From a virus (taxonomy: Duplodnaviria; Heunggongvirae; Uroviricota; Caudoviricetes): a DNA stretch of 17,082 nucleotides. Positions 1 to 7,281 of the stretch are shown piece by piece. Below the pieces are notes generated by a model. That model made no database searches and was not told where the DNA came from. It saw only the letters and a list, made by a program, of their open reading frames with translations. The DNA is taken from IMG/VR virus record IMGVR_UViG_2651869694_000011. One strand, 5' to 3'. Every line of letters starts with the position of its first letter. Positions within the stretch are counted from its first letter, which is position 1. A program made the position numbers and the translations under genes.

Positions 1-468
1 ATGCCAGATCAAAAAGAAAGTGAGAACACCAAACTCACTTGTGAAGAACAAAAGGATAATGAACTGGTTTCTCGAGTAATCGAAAATCCAGAGGTCTTAA
101 ACAGGGTTTTGGATAGTCCGCAGGTGCGGGCTATTGTTTGCCAGCATTTTCAGGGGCCTGTTCCGCCACCTTCAATGCTTAAAAAGTATGATCAACTAGT
201 GCCTGGGCTTGCAAATCGACTTGTTGAGTTGACCGAAAAAGAGCAGGCTCATCGCCATAAAACAGTGGCTGATAGCATTGATATTGCCAGAGATGGTCAA
301 ACAAAGGCTTTTTGGTTGGCAATATTGATCATCTTAGCTGCCACTGTCTTTGGCGTCATGGGGGAGACAGTTCTTGCCGGAACTCTCGTTTCAATAGATC
401 TTGTTGCATTGGTTACGGCATTTATTGTTGGAAAACATTATTCTAAGCAGGAACCTGATCAAGATTAG
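1..468 (+). CDS. DUF2335-like small membrane protein (two predicted C-terminal transmembrane helices); may be host-encoded or a prophage-end moron
   Basis: ORF starts at window position 1 (ATG). Hydrophobic segments AFWLAILIILAATVFGVMG and TLVSIDLVALVTAFIVG near the C-terminus. Followed by a hairpin plus T-run at 475-500. Family assignment is from memory, not a search. Confidence 0.55.
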   Translation: MPDQKESENTKLTCEEQKDNELVSRVIENPEVLNRVLDSPQVRAIVCQHFQGPVPPPSMLKKYDQLVPGLANRLVELTEKEQAHRHKTVADSIDIARDGQTKAFWLAILIILAATVFGVMGETVLAGTLVSIDLVALVTAFIVGKHYSKQEPDQD

Positions 469-474
469 TCTCCG

Positions 475-500
475 AACCCCGGTTGATGCCGGGGTTTTTA
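475..500 (+). terminator. Rho-independent terminator after the first gene
   Basis: Inverted repeat aaccccgg / ccggggtt (475-482 and 489-496) with a 6-nt loop, followed by ttttta. Confidence 0.6.
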
Positions 501-544
501 CACTAGCAAAGCAATATCAACATTTTTCAGCTGCATTTATTTCG

Positions 545-1663
545 TCAAACAACCAATTTAACCCATTCCTGACCACGAGTATCGTTATAACGATCGGTGG
601 TTGCCTGGACTTTATGTCCCAGTAATGTTTTTGTATCAATACCCTGCGCGCGGTACAGTCGTTCTGACAGGGAGCGTTGTTCATGAAATGTTGGCGGAGT
701 TTTTCCTGCTGGTGGAGTTATCCCAGCCAGATCCCGTGCTTTGGCAAAGTAGTCGCTCAGGTTGTCTTTACTCATCGGCTTTGGTTGTTTCTGGTGCCGA
801 CTATGGATTAGATATGGACTTAATATTCTGTCTCGGCACCCATCAATAACTTCTTTTAACGTTATCCCAATGGCATCACAGCGTAGTGTAAGCGGTAACG
901 CCAGACGCATTCCGGTTTTTCCCTGGGTGATATGCAAGTGTTCGTTCCACACATCTGAAAAACGCATGTGGCAAATGTCATCACGGCGCTGACCAGTAAC
1001 AATCGCAAGAAGCATTGCGTTACGGATAAAGTGTTTTTCAGGCGTTGCGTTGTAAATTTTTTGCCAGTCTTCCAGGGTGAGCCTGGCTCTAGTTACTTTA
1101 GGGATCGGTTTACGGGTAGCCTCCGGAGGATTCCATCCAGGAGGAACTTCCCCTGCATGCTGTGCTTCTTTATAAATATCAACCCATAATCCACGATTTA
1201 CTCTCGCTGTGCTGACCATGTCTTTATCCAGCCACTCATCCAGTATTAATGCAAAGTCTCTTACTTCCAGTTCTTTCAATGGGTGGTTTCCCAGACGGGA
1301 AACCAGGTATGCAGCCATTCGGGCTTTTTCTTTGTGAGTTGTAGCTGCAATATCTCCATTTTTCAGTCGCGTGTCCTGTATTTTCAGATATCGATCAACC
1401 CATGCCTTTAATCTGATACCCCGACGTTTTGTTGCTGACGGACTTTCATCAATTTTGCGCATGAAATATTCAGCTTCTGCTGCAGCTATCCGCTGATTGG
1501 CTGTGGAAGCGATTTTTTCTGCCTTACCTTTGTCTGTTCCGAGTCCGTGAAATTTTCCAGTCACAGGATTTTTATACTGGTAGTAAACTCTGCCAGTTCT
1601 GCGATCAAACTTTTCGTAAAGACCGGCTACGTCAGTGCTGTTTTTTCGTGGCCTCGGTGACAT
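545..1663 (-). CDS. int: Phage tyrosine integrase, lambda Int family (closest in my memory to e14/phage 21 integrases)
   Basis: 372-aa ORF. N-terminus MSPRPRKN...GLYEKFDRRTGRVYYQYKNPVTGKFHGLGTD and C-terminal catalytic region HEQRSLSERLY...LLGHK...TDRYNDTRGQEW match the lambda-type Int architecture (R..HxxR..Y). AAGGAG lies 10 nt upstream of the ATG. Overlaps the xis 3' end as in lambda. Confidence 0.95.
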   Translation of the reverse strand: MSPRPRKNSTDVAGLYEKFDRRTGRVYYQYKNPVTGKFHGLGTDKGKAEKIASTANQRIAAAEAEYFMRKIDESPSATKRRGIRLKAWVDRYLKIQDTRLKNGDIAATTHKEKARMAAYLVSRLGNHPLKELEVRDFALILDEWLDKDMVSTARVNRGLWVDIYKEAQHAGEVPPGWNPPEATRKPIPKVTRARLTLEDWQKIYNATPEKHFIRNAMLLAIVTGQRRDDICHMRFSDVWNEHLHITQGKTGMRLALPLTLRCDAIGITLKEVIDGCRDRILSPYLIHSRHQKQPKPMSKDNLSDYFAKARDLAGITPPAGKTPPTFHEQRSLSERLYRAQGIDTKTLLGHKVQATTDRYNDTRGQEWVKLVV

Positions 1664-1901
1664 GAGTTAAAATCTCCTTCAGTGCATCATCATCGCCAGT
1701 ATGAATTTCCGGCGCAATTCCCGTTTCACCAGGCCCAACAAATACTGCTCGGCGATCTATCAGCCAACGCCCACGAATTTTTTGTGGTCTTGGAACGATG
1801 TATCCTAGTTTTCCGTATTTCACCAGGGTAGTGTTTGTTATTGGGAGACTGAACCGTTTTGGTTTCCACTCGTCGAGCGTTATCAGGTACTGTTCGCTCA
1901 T
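1632..1901 (-). CDS. xis: Excisionase (Xis)
   Basis: Small ORF directly upstream of int and overlapping it. YLTLDEWKPKRFSLPITNTTLVKYGKLGYIVPRPQKIRGRWLIDRRAV resembles lambda Xis. I place the start at the ATG at 1901 (GGAG 8 nt upstream) rather than the in-frame GTG at 1910 used by the ORF track. Confidence 0.85.
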   Translation of the reverse strand: MSEQYLITLDEWKPKRFSLPITNTTLVKYGKLGYIVPRPQKIRGRWLIDRRAVFVGPGETGIAPEIHTGDDDALKEILTHVTEATKKQH

Positions 1902-1962
1902 GGCTATCACTCCGGAACGCGCCAGTTGCAGAATATCAACGACAACTGGCGACGGTTGAACA

Positions 1963-4434
1963 TTAAAAATCAGCCTGACTCGGGATCAGTTTTTGCCAGA
2001 TAACTGAAACGTATTTTGCCTGGTAACGGGCGTCATCAAGTGCATTATGGCGCTCACCTTCGAATGGAATAGCCGTTCTGGCATCGAAGTCTATGGCTTT
2101 CCCCAGCTCAACGATTGTGCGTACATCGCGATCGTTGTAGTAACGCCACGGGCAGGGGATCCCCTGCCGTTCGTATGAACGGCGCAAAATCGTGTTGTCG
2201 AAGTTGGCTCCATTTCCCCAGACCTGAACAAAAAATTCACCGGAGTTTTCGTCGATAAATTCCCGCAATTGTAACAGTGCATCATCTAACGGGATTTCAT
2301 CGGTCATAATGGCAGATTGCGCTTCGCGTGATTGCTTAAGCCACCATTTAATGGTGTCCCGATCAATGACTCCGCCAGCAGTTTCCAGATCGATAGTCTT
2401 ACTAAATTCCGGTCCCATATCTCCGGTTTGCGGATCGAAAAATATTGCACCTATTGAGATGATCGGGGCATCAGGATTTTTTCCCATGGTTTCAAGGTCG
2501 ATCATTAGATGGTCACACGTCCTGCTGGTGGATGTGATTTCTTGATGACCGTTCACCTTAATTGAGTGATCTGCCGTCTCGCCAGTTTCATTATCGCTAT
2601 CGTGATGCTGATTGCCGCCAGTGTTCTCCTTGTGTGGATGTTCAGCGCCTTCCATTTTCTCCGGATCATCTTCCTGAACTTCAACCTGATACTCTTCATC
2701 GAATGTTTCCTGGTATGTTGCGTCGCCCATCACTGCGCCACAATCAGGGCAGTTGCCGCCGCCGGTCTGACCGCAGGCGGTGCAGACCTTTTCCACTTCC
2801 TGTTGCACCACTGGTTCAGGCTGTTTCGTTTCTGGCTCGTTTTGTAACGCATTTGGGCTGTTTTGTTCCGCTTTCTGGTAGTTCCGTTCCGATTCATGCT
2901 GGTTCTGGTTCACAGAATCGCGGGTCTGGATCCCCTTAACCCATTTCGGATCATTCGGGTCGCTAATCCCTGCAACAAATTCACCACGAGAGACAGCAAG
3001 CAACTCATCGGCGTCAGGCTGGCTGATATTGGCTGCCTGCATAATTTTGTTTACTTCGTCAGCGGTAACTTTTACCGACCCTGGTTGTGCGGTCGTGTCA
3101 GATGCACCAGTATTTTGTTGTGAACCTGAGTATGTACCGTTTTTGCGGGCGAAATATTCTTCTTTCGTGATTTCAGTAGCCCCAGCAGACAGCGCCTTAT
3201 CCAGACCAGAAAGTTTGTTTGCGCGACCGTATTTTTCGCCATCCTTGTCGGTGAAGAGGAAGTAGAACGGCCCCTCACGCTCTACAGATGGTTCGACTTC
3301 CACTTTGCATTCGGTTTTTTCGTTGTCCGGAATTGCCGTTTCCACTGCATCAGTTTCTGGTACTGGCGACGAGAGAGTATCAGTTGCGCTCTGATTTGTT
3401 CCTTCATCTTCAAACACGCCCTTTGTAGTCAGGTATTCAGTAATGTATTTGTTCAGTGCCACAGGGTCTTTGTGAATGTCGATCGGACGTTCACGGACAA
3501 GGCCAAAAATAGTCTGGCGGTCGTAGCGAAGGGCATCAGGCTGTTTGCGCATTGATGCCGAGATACGCTTCCAGTCTTCGCGGTCGTTGTCGATAACTTC
3601 ATTTTTTGCCCAGCGATGGATGCTGCCGTCAATGTTTCCGGCATCCACATCACCAGGCCAGAGAGCGTAGGCCAGTTCGTCATCCAGTGTTTTCCATGTC
3701 TGCTTGTATTCGCGATGAATGGCAGCAATGACCGGGTTGATTTTTCCTGTTGAATTTTCAGTGTGCTGTTGATTGGCTCTGGCGCGGGCGAGATCAACAA
3801 CAGACGTGTATTTTCCGGCTTCCTTGCGTTCACCTTCGCGACGTTTTTTCCAGATGCGCATCTCTGCCTGAATTTCGGGCCATTTGGCACCAGGCTTACA
3901 TTTATGCTTAACCCACCCGATGGCATGCAGCTTAAGCTCCGGATACATAGCGTTAACTTCTGGCATTTTCATCAACGCTTCAACGATATGGCCGTCGAAT
4001 GTTGCCATGTCTTCCTGCAACAATTCCTGTGCGCTAATCACCATATCAACAGTGATGTTTTCACATGTGTCGAACTTAACCATGACAGCGTTCTGTACTT
4101 CAGGGGCTAGGTTGTCAAAAGTGACGTTCATCGGATCGGATTCAGTCTCAACCGGGACAAAAGAAGCAGACTCCTCATCCCAGCGGTTTTCCTGCATATA
4201 TTCAGCATCCCATGAATCGAGGGCAGGGCGGGGTATGCCAGGTTTATCCTCGCAGACAATAAATTTATAAGCGCAGTCCTGAGCAGCCGGATAATGTTCC
4301 AGGAATTGCCAGTGAAATTTTGCGCGGGCGCGACATTCATCACCGGCTTCAATGGCAGTGGCTACAGCGACTGCACCTTCTTCCTTTATTGCCTGTTCGT
4401 CCGGAATGGCGGCGCAAATAAAGACTTTACTCAT
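1963..4434 (-). CDS. Large prophage exonuclease: RecE-like N-terminal/central region fused to a C-terminal DnaQ-like (DEDDh) 3'-5' exonuclease domain
   Basis: 823-aa ORF. The C-terminal ~200 aa carry the three DEDDh motifs (IDLETMG; WGNGANFDNTIL; HNALDDARYQAKY). The central segment LLAVSRGEFVAGISDPNDPKWVKGIQTRD matches a conserved stretch of E. coli RecE as I recall it. CTACGQTGGGNCPDCG is a CxxC...CxxC zinc-ribbon-like motif. GAGGT lies 4 nt upstream of the ATG. Confidence 0.85.
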   Translation of the reverse strand: MSKVFICAAIPDEQAIKEEGAVAVATAIEAGDECRARAKFHWQFLEHYPAAQDCAYKFIVCEDKPGIPRPALDSWDAEYMQENRWDEESASFVPVETESDPMNVTFDNLAPEVQNAVMVKFDTCENITVDMVISAQELLQEDMATFDGHIVEALMKMPEVNAMYPELKLHAIGWVKHKCKPGAKWPEIQAEMRIWKKRREGERKEAGKYTSVVDLARARANQQHTENSTGKINPVIAAIHREYKQTWKTLDDELAYALWPGDVDAGNIDGSIHRWAKNEVIDNDREDWKRISASMRKQPDALRYDRQTIFGLVRERPIDIHKDPVALNKYITEYLTTKGVFEDEGTNQSATDTLSSPVPETDAVETAIPDNEKTECKVEVEPSVEREGPFYFLFTDKDGEKYGRANKLSGLDKALSAGATEITKEEYFARKNGTYSGSQQNTGASDTTAQPGSVKVTADEVNKIMQAANISQPDADELLAVSRGEFVAGISDPNDPKWVKGIQTRDSVNQNQHESERNYQKAEQNSPNALQNEPETKQPEPVVQQEVEKVCTACGQTGGGNCPDCGAVMGDATYQETFDEEYQVEVQEDDPEKMEGAEHPHKENTGGNQHHDSDNETGETADHSIKVNGHQEITSTSRTCDHLMIDLETMGKNPDAPIISIGAIFFDPQTGDMGPEFSKTIDLETAGGVIDRDTIKWWLKQSREAQSAIMTDEIPLDDALLQLREFIDENSGEFFVQVWGNGANFDNTILRRSYERQGIPCPWRYYNDRDVRTIVELGKAIDFDARTAIPFEGERHNALDDARYQAKYVSVIWQKLIPSQADF

Positions 4435-4526
4435 TTTGTTTTACCTCATTACAGATTTAAGGGTGAACAAATCCCTGCCATTGCTGGCATATAAGAATGA
4501 AACCGGATATTTATTACGGAACTGTT

Positions 4527-4718
4527 TTAAAGACCTGCCGGGATTTCGTTATTATCCTGGTGAATAACTTTATCGACCGGGTAACAGTTACCGGGAATTT
4601 TCTGTTCGGTTGCTGCAGTCACACACTCCTGCATTGTCCTGTGAACACTGACTGCAATATCAACTGGCTCTCCGGAAACAAGAAAAACTGTCAGAACAAG
4701 TGCAAATGCTGTATTCAT
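4527..4718 (-). CDS. ydfD: YdfD-like small membrane protein (63 aa)
   Basis: Start ATG overlaps the dicB stop in an ATGA arrangement (plus-strand tcat at 4715-4718). N-terminal hydrophobic segment MNTAFALVLTVFLVSGEP. Sequence and length match my recollection of Qin prophage YdfD. The track ORF 4527..4772 is a longer in-frame extension. Confidence 0.7.
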   Translation of the reverse strand: MNTAFALVLTVFLVSGEPVDIAVSVHRTMQECVTAATEQKIPGNCYPVDKVIHQDNNEIPAGL

Positions 4719-4903
4719 TGCCAGCATCCTTTTTGTATCGGACGTAAACGGGCCAGCATTGAAAGAATGCATATTTTATTTAATAACTCCCGTTCGTGTT
4801 TTCTCTTGTTAATGGCATCTTCAGTAAATACAGGGTTACTGATAGTGACACCAATTTCAAAACAACCTTCAGACGTATTAACGTTTGGTAATAACGTTTC
4901 CAT
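4715..4903 (-). CDS. dicB: DicB-like cell division inhibitor (62 aa)
   Basis: Internal ATG of track ORF 4715..5008 gives METLLPNVNTSEGCFEIGVTISNPVFTEDAINKRKHERELLNKICILSMLARLRPIQKGCWQ, near-identical to E. coli Qin DicB as I recall it. dicF lies immediately upstream, as in Qin. Confidence 0.85.
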   Translation of the reverse strand: METLLPNVNTSEGCFEIGVTISNPVFTEDAINKRKHERELLNKICILSMLARLRPIQKGCWQ

Positions 4904-5072
4904 TATCGCGTCCTCAACAATGAATTTTGTGATGCGGTGCCTGGTGCCTCCAGGTGACGTTAACCAGTTAACAATTAACGCCGGATACAGAGAATCCCCC
5001 CATAACACTGTTTTTGGTTTTAACTGTTCCGCGTGCGCTCAGCCGCATTCACCGCATCACAAAATTCACTTT

Positions 5073-5130
5073 AAAAAGGGCGGCAGAGCAGTCACGGAGT
5101 AAAACTGATACCGCCAAACGTCACCAGAAA
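5073..5130 (-). ncRNA. dicF: DicF small regulatory RNA
   Basis: The reverse complement of 5073-5130 reads tttctggtgacgtttggcggtatcagttttactccgtgactgctctgccgccctttttaa, which matches the E. coli DicF sRNA sequence from memory, including the terminal hairpin and U-run. Position directly upstream of dicB is as in the Qin dicB operon. Confidence 0.8.
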
Positions 5131-5393
5131 ATTGATAACAGAGGGCGTTGCAGCGGGGTTGTCACTTAAGCGTATGGTCAACCTGACAACCCGGTGTCCT
5201 CAACGGGGGAAGGAATAACCCCGCCATACTTACCGCCGCGCCATTTCGCGGATTGCCACAACCAGAAGCGCACGGTCGAATTAAATTTAACGACGACCTA
5301 TACAGAGAGACTAACTTCGCCGTGCGCTTTCGTGTTATGCCCTGACTTTTCAGGGTAAATTAACCTGTGGAAACCTGTTTTTACTGGCGCTAA

Positions 5394-5546
5394 TCAGTTA
5401 GCGTTTCTTGCTAACCAGCGATGCGCGCCAGCTTCGGTTTTAAACGTTTTACTTCTGGTATACGTCATCGCGGTAAACGTGCCGTCGTGGTTGGGGAATA
5501 CTCCGCACACCAGAGATTCATTGTTGCCAAGATTGAGCATATCCAT
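5394..5546 (-). CDS. Candidate small ORF (50 aa) in the early leftward operon, possibly YdfA-like
   Basis: Minus-strand ATG at 5546 with GAGGT 4 nt upstream. Translation MDMLNLGNNESLVCGVFPNHDGTFTAMTYTRSKTFKTEAGAHRWLARNAN. Below the ORF-track size cut-off. Identity to YdfA is unverified. Confidence 0.35.
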   Translation of the reverse strand: MDMLNLGNNESLVCGVFPNHDGTFTAMTYTRSKTFKTEAGAHRWLARNAN

Positions 5547-5726
5547 GTTGACCTCATTTACCCTTAACGCCGGGTCGCGGAACTAAAAACCTGCTGCGCT
5601 GTTATACAAAGTGTTCCCGCCGTCATGTTCATACGCCTCGGGCTGGCTACTTAACCCCTGACCACTGCCGGGTAACTCGAGGTATTGCCCGACGTTCTGT
5701 GGGGCGAGGTAGGGTGGTATGTAATA

Positions 5727-5770
5727 AATCTAAAAGTATTTAGTTTTTCAGTCAAGATAAATCTAGATTA
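5727..5770 (-). promoter_or_regulatory. Candidate leftward early promoter (pL-like) with OL-like operator palindromes
   Basis: Minus-strand -35 TTGACT (plus coords 5750-5755) and -10 TAGATT (5727-5732) with 17-bp spacing. ATCTAAAAGTATTTAG (5728-5743) is near-identical to the OR palindrome at 6534-6551. A second palindrome AATCTAGATT sits at 5760-5769. Confidence 0.45.
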
Positions 5771-5774
5771 ATTT

Positions 5775-5800
5775 AAAAAAAAAGGTCGGCATTGCCGACC
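5775..5800 (-). terminator. Rho-independent terminator downstream of the repressor gene
   Basis: Hairpin ggtcggc-att-gccgacc (5784-5800) preceded on the plus strand by an A9 run (U-run on the minus strand), 22 nt past the cI stop. Confidence 0.65.
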
Positions 5801-5821
5801 TCAAGTAAAGGACGTGGCGGG

Positions 5822-6469
5822 TTATAAGTTGAACTGTACACCTTTTGCTACGGCAACAATTTTACACTCTGGTGTAAGTAAGGATGACTGATAGCGTGGA
5901 TTGAGAGGGCTTAAATACACAAGCTTCCCATCAATAACTAATTTCTTTATAGTCATAGATGGTTCATTTTTAAGCGGATCCGGAACTATTACAGCGACGA
6001 TGCTGCCATTTTTATAACTTTCTCCTGGCCTTAGGATCACAGTAGCACCAACTGGGATACTCGGTGATCCTGATGGGTTATGCATTGTGTCATCAGGCAT
6101 TGAAACGGCAAAATCACCTTCCTCGACATCAAAGAATGTGGTGATCCTATCGACATTTCCCATTGTTTTCTCTCCTTTTAAGATTAGGAAAGAAATCGCC
6201 TCACCCCACGAAAGGTAGGGGATCTTGGTGCCTGAGGTACTTTGTACAAAAGATAATTCAGGAGACGATACTCCATATAGGAGATAGGACTCAGTAGTTC
6301 CTAATGCCTGGGCTAACTTACTTAGAGCTTTGCTACCTGGTTCGTTTAGATCTTTCTCCCAGTACCCTATAGTAACCCCAGTCACGCCTGAAAGCTTACC
6401 CAGTTCTACTTGGGTCAGCCCCTTATCTTTTCTAAGTCTCTTAAGCCTGATGCCAAGGCTTTCCATCAT
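5822..6469 (-). CDS. CI-like phage repressor: N-terminal XRE-type HTH plus C-terminal S24 (LexA-like) peptidase domain
   Basis: HTH region GLTQVELGKLSGVTGVTIGYWE. C-terminal domain aligns with lambda cI (AVSM vs GNSM catalytic Ser; IKKLVIDGKLVYLSPLNPRYQ vs [21 protein letters not shown] with catalytic Lys). AGGAG precedes ATG ATG at 6469/6466; the track start at 6481 is a TTG. Confidence 0.9.
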   Translation of the reverse strand: MMESLGIRLKRLRKDKGLTQVELGKLSGVTGVTIGYWEKDLNEPGSKALSKLAQALGTTESYLLYGVSSPELSFVQSTSGTKIPYLSWGEAISFLILKGEKTMGNVDRITTFFDVEEGDFAVSMPDDTMHNPSGSPSIPVGATVILRPGESYKNGSIVAVIVPDPLKNEPSMTIKKLVIDGKLVYLSPLNPRYQSSLLTPECKIVAVAKGVQFNL

Positions 6470-6481
6470 TTTCTCCTGCAA

Positions 6482-6563
6482 ATTGAATATAAATTATTTT
6501 AGATTGCATTGACCTAAAAAAAATTATCTTGTAATCTAAAAATACTTAGATTTAGGAGGTAAA
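6482..6563. promoter_or_regulatory. Divergent immunity promoter/operator region (pRM/pR/OR equivalent)
   Basis: AT-rich 82-bp interval between divergent repressor and cro-like genes. Perfect inverted repeat ATCTAA-N6-TTAGAT at 6534-6551. Candidate pR -35 TTGACC (6509-6514) and -10 TAATCT (6532-6537). GGAGG precedes the cro-like ATG. Confidence 0.5.
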
Positions 6564-6791
6564 ATGCGAGTTGATGAACTTGTCCAGTTTTTTGGTTCTG
6601 TTCAGAGGGTTGCCGATTTTTATGGGATAACCCGCGAAGCTATTTACATGTGGCGTAAGCGTCCTGGTGAAACAGTTCCGAAGGGGAGGGCTGCGGAAGC
6701 TGCTGCATACTCCAAGGGGAAATTATCTTTGAACCCAGAACTTTACAAAAAGAAGGATACCACTCAGGGCGAAGGAAAGGGGGATTCATGA
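6564..6791 (+). CDS. Cro/DicC/YdaS-like small HTH regulator
   Basis: 75-aa ORF divergent from the repressor, with a strong RBS (aggaggtaaaATG). Motif FGSVQRVADFYGITREAIYMWRK parallels DicC (FGSKTKLAQAAGIRLASLYSWK) as recalled. Confidence 0.8.
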   Translation: MRVDELVQFFGSVQRVADFYGITREAIYMWRKRPGETVPKGRAAEAAAYSKGKLSLNPELYKKKDTTQGEGKGDS

Positions 6792-7213
6792 AAATCAAAC
6801 ATGAGCACATCCGCATGGCGATCAATGCCTGGGCCTATCCGGACGGTGAGAAAGTTCCTGCAGCTGAAATAGCCCGGACTTATTTCGAGCTGGGGATGAC
6901 GTTCCCGGAACTGTACGACGACAGCCATCCGGAAGCCCTGGCTCGTAATACCCAGAAAATTTTCCGTTGGCTGGATAAAGACACCCCTGATGCTGTTGAA
7001 AAAATTCAGGCTCTGTTACCGGCGATCGAAAAGGCAATGCCGCCTCTGCTGGTGGCCCGTATGCGCAGTCACAGCTCTGAATATTACCGTGAGATCGTCG
7101 AACGGAGGGATCGGCTGGTGAAAGATGTGGATGATTTTGTCGCAGCGGCGATCGCCTGGGGCACCCTGACTAACAGTGGTGGTCAGCCAGGTAATGCTGT
7201 TGTCGTGCATTGA
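6788..7213 (+). CDS. ydaT: YdaT-like protein (CII-analogue regulator of Rac-type immunity regions)
   Basis: 141-aa ORF whose ATG overlaps the cro-like stop (ATGA). The sequence MKIKHEHIRMAINAWAYPDGEKVPAAEIARTYFELGMTFPELYDDSHPEALARNTQKIFRW matches my recollection of Rac YdaT. SD aaggggga upstream. Confidence 0.8.
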   Translation: MKIKHEHIRMAINAWAYPDGEKVPAAEIARTYFELGMTFPELYDDSHPEALARNTQKIFRWLDKDTPDAVEKIQALLPAIEKAMPPLLVARMRSHSSEYYREIVERRDRLVKDVDDFVAAAIAWGTLTNSGGQPGNAVVVH

Positions 7214-7281
7214 CCAACAATATTCATGCCGGATTTCTTCCGGATGTTCGAGGGTAAAGTTCGGTATCAGATGAGGTGAGT

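Noticed and set aside
401-1189. Plus-strand track ORFs 401..625, 601..849, 762..992 and 968..1189
   Set aside because: They lie antisense to or within the well-supported integrase gene, have no RBS and no recognisable features.
2091-4352. Multiple track ORFs on both strands inside 1963..4434
   Set aside because: All are nested in or antisense to the 823-aa exonuclease gene, which has clear domain motifs; they are typical shadow ORFs.
6470-6481. Upstream extension of the repressor ORF to a TTG at 6481
   Set aside because: AGGAG sits immediately before the ATG ATG at 6469/6466, so the TTG-initiated extension is unlikely to be the real start.
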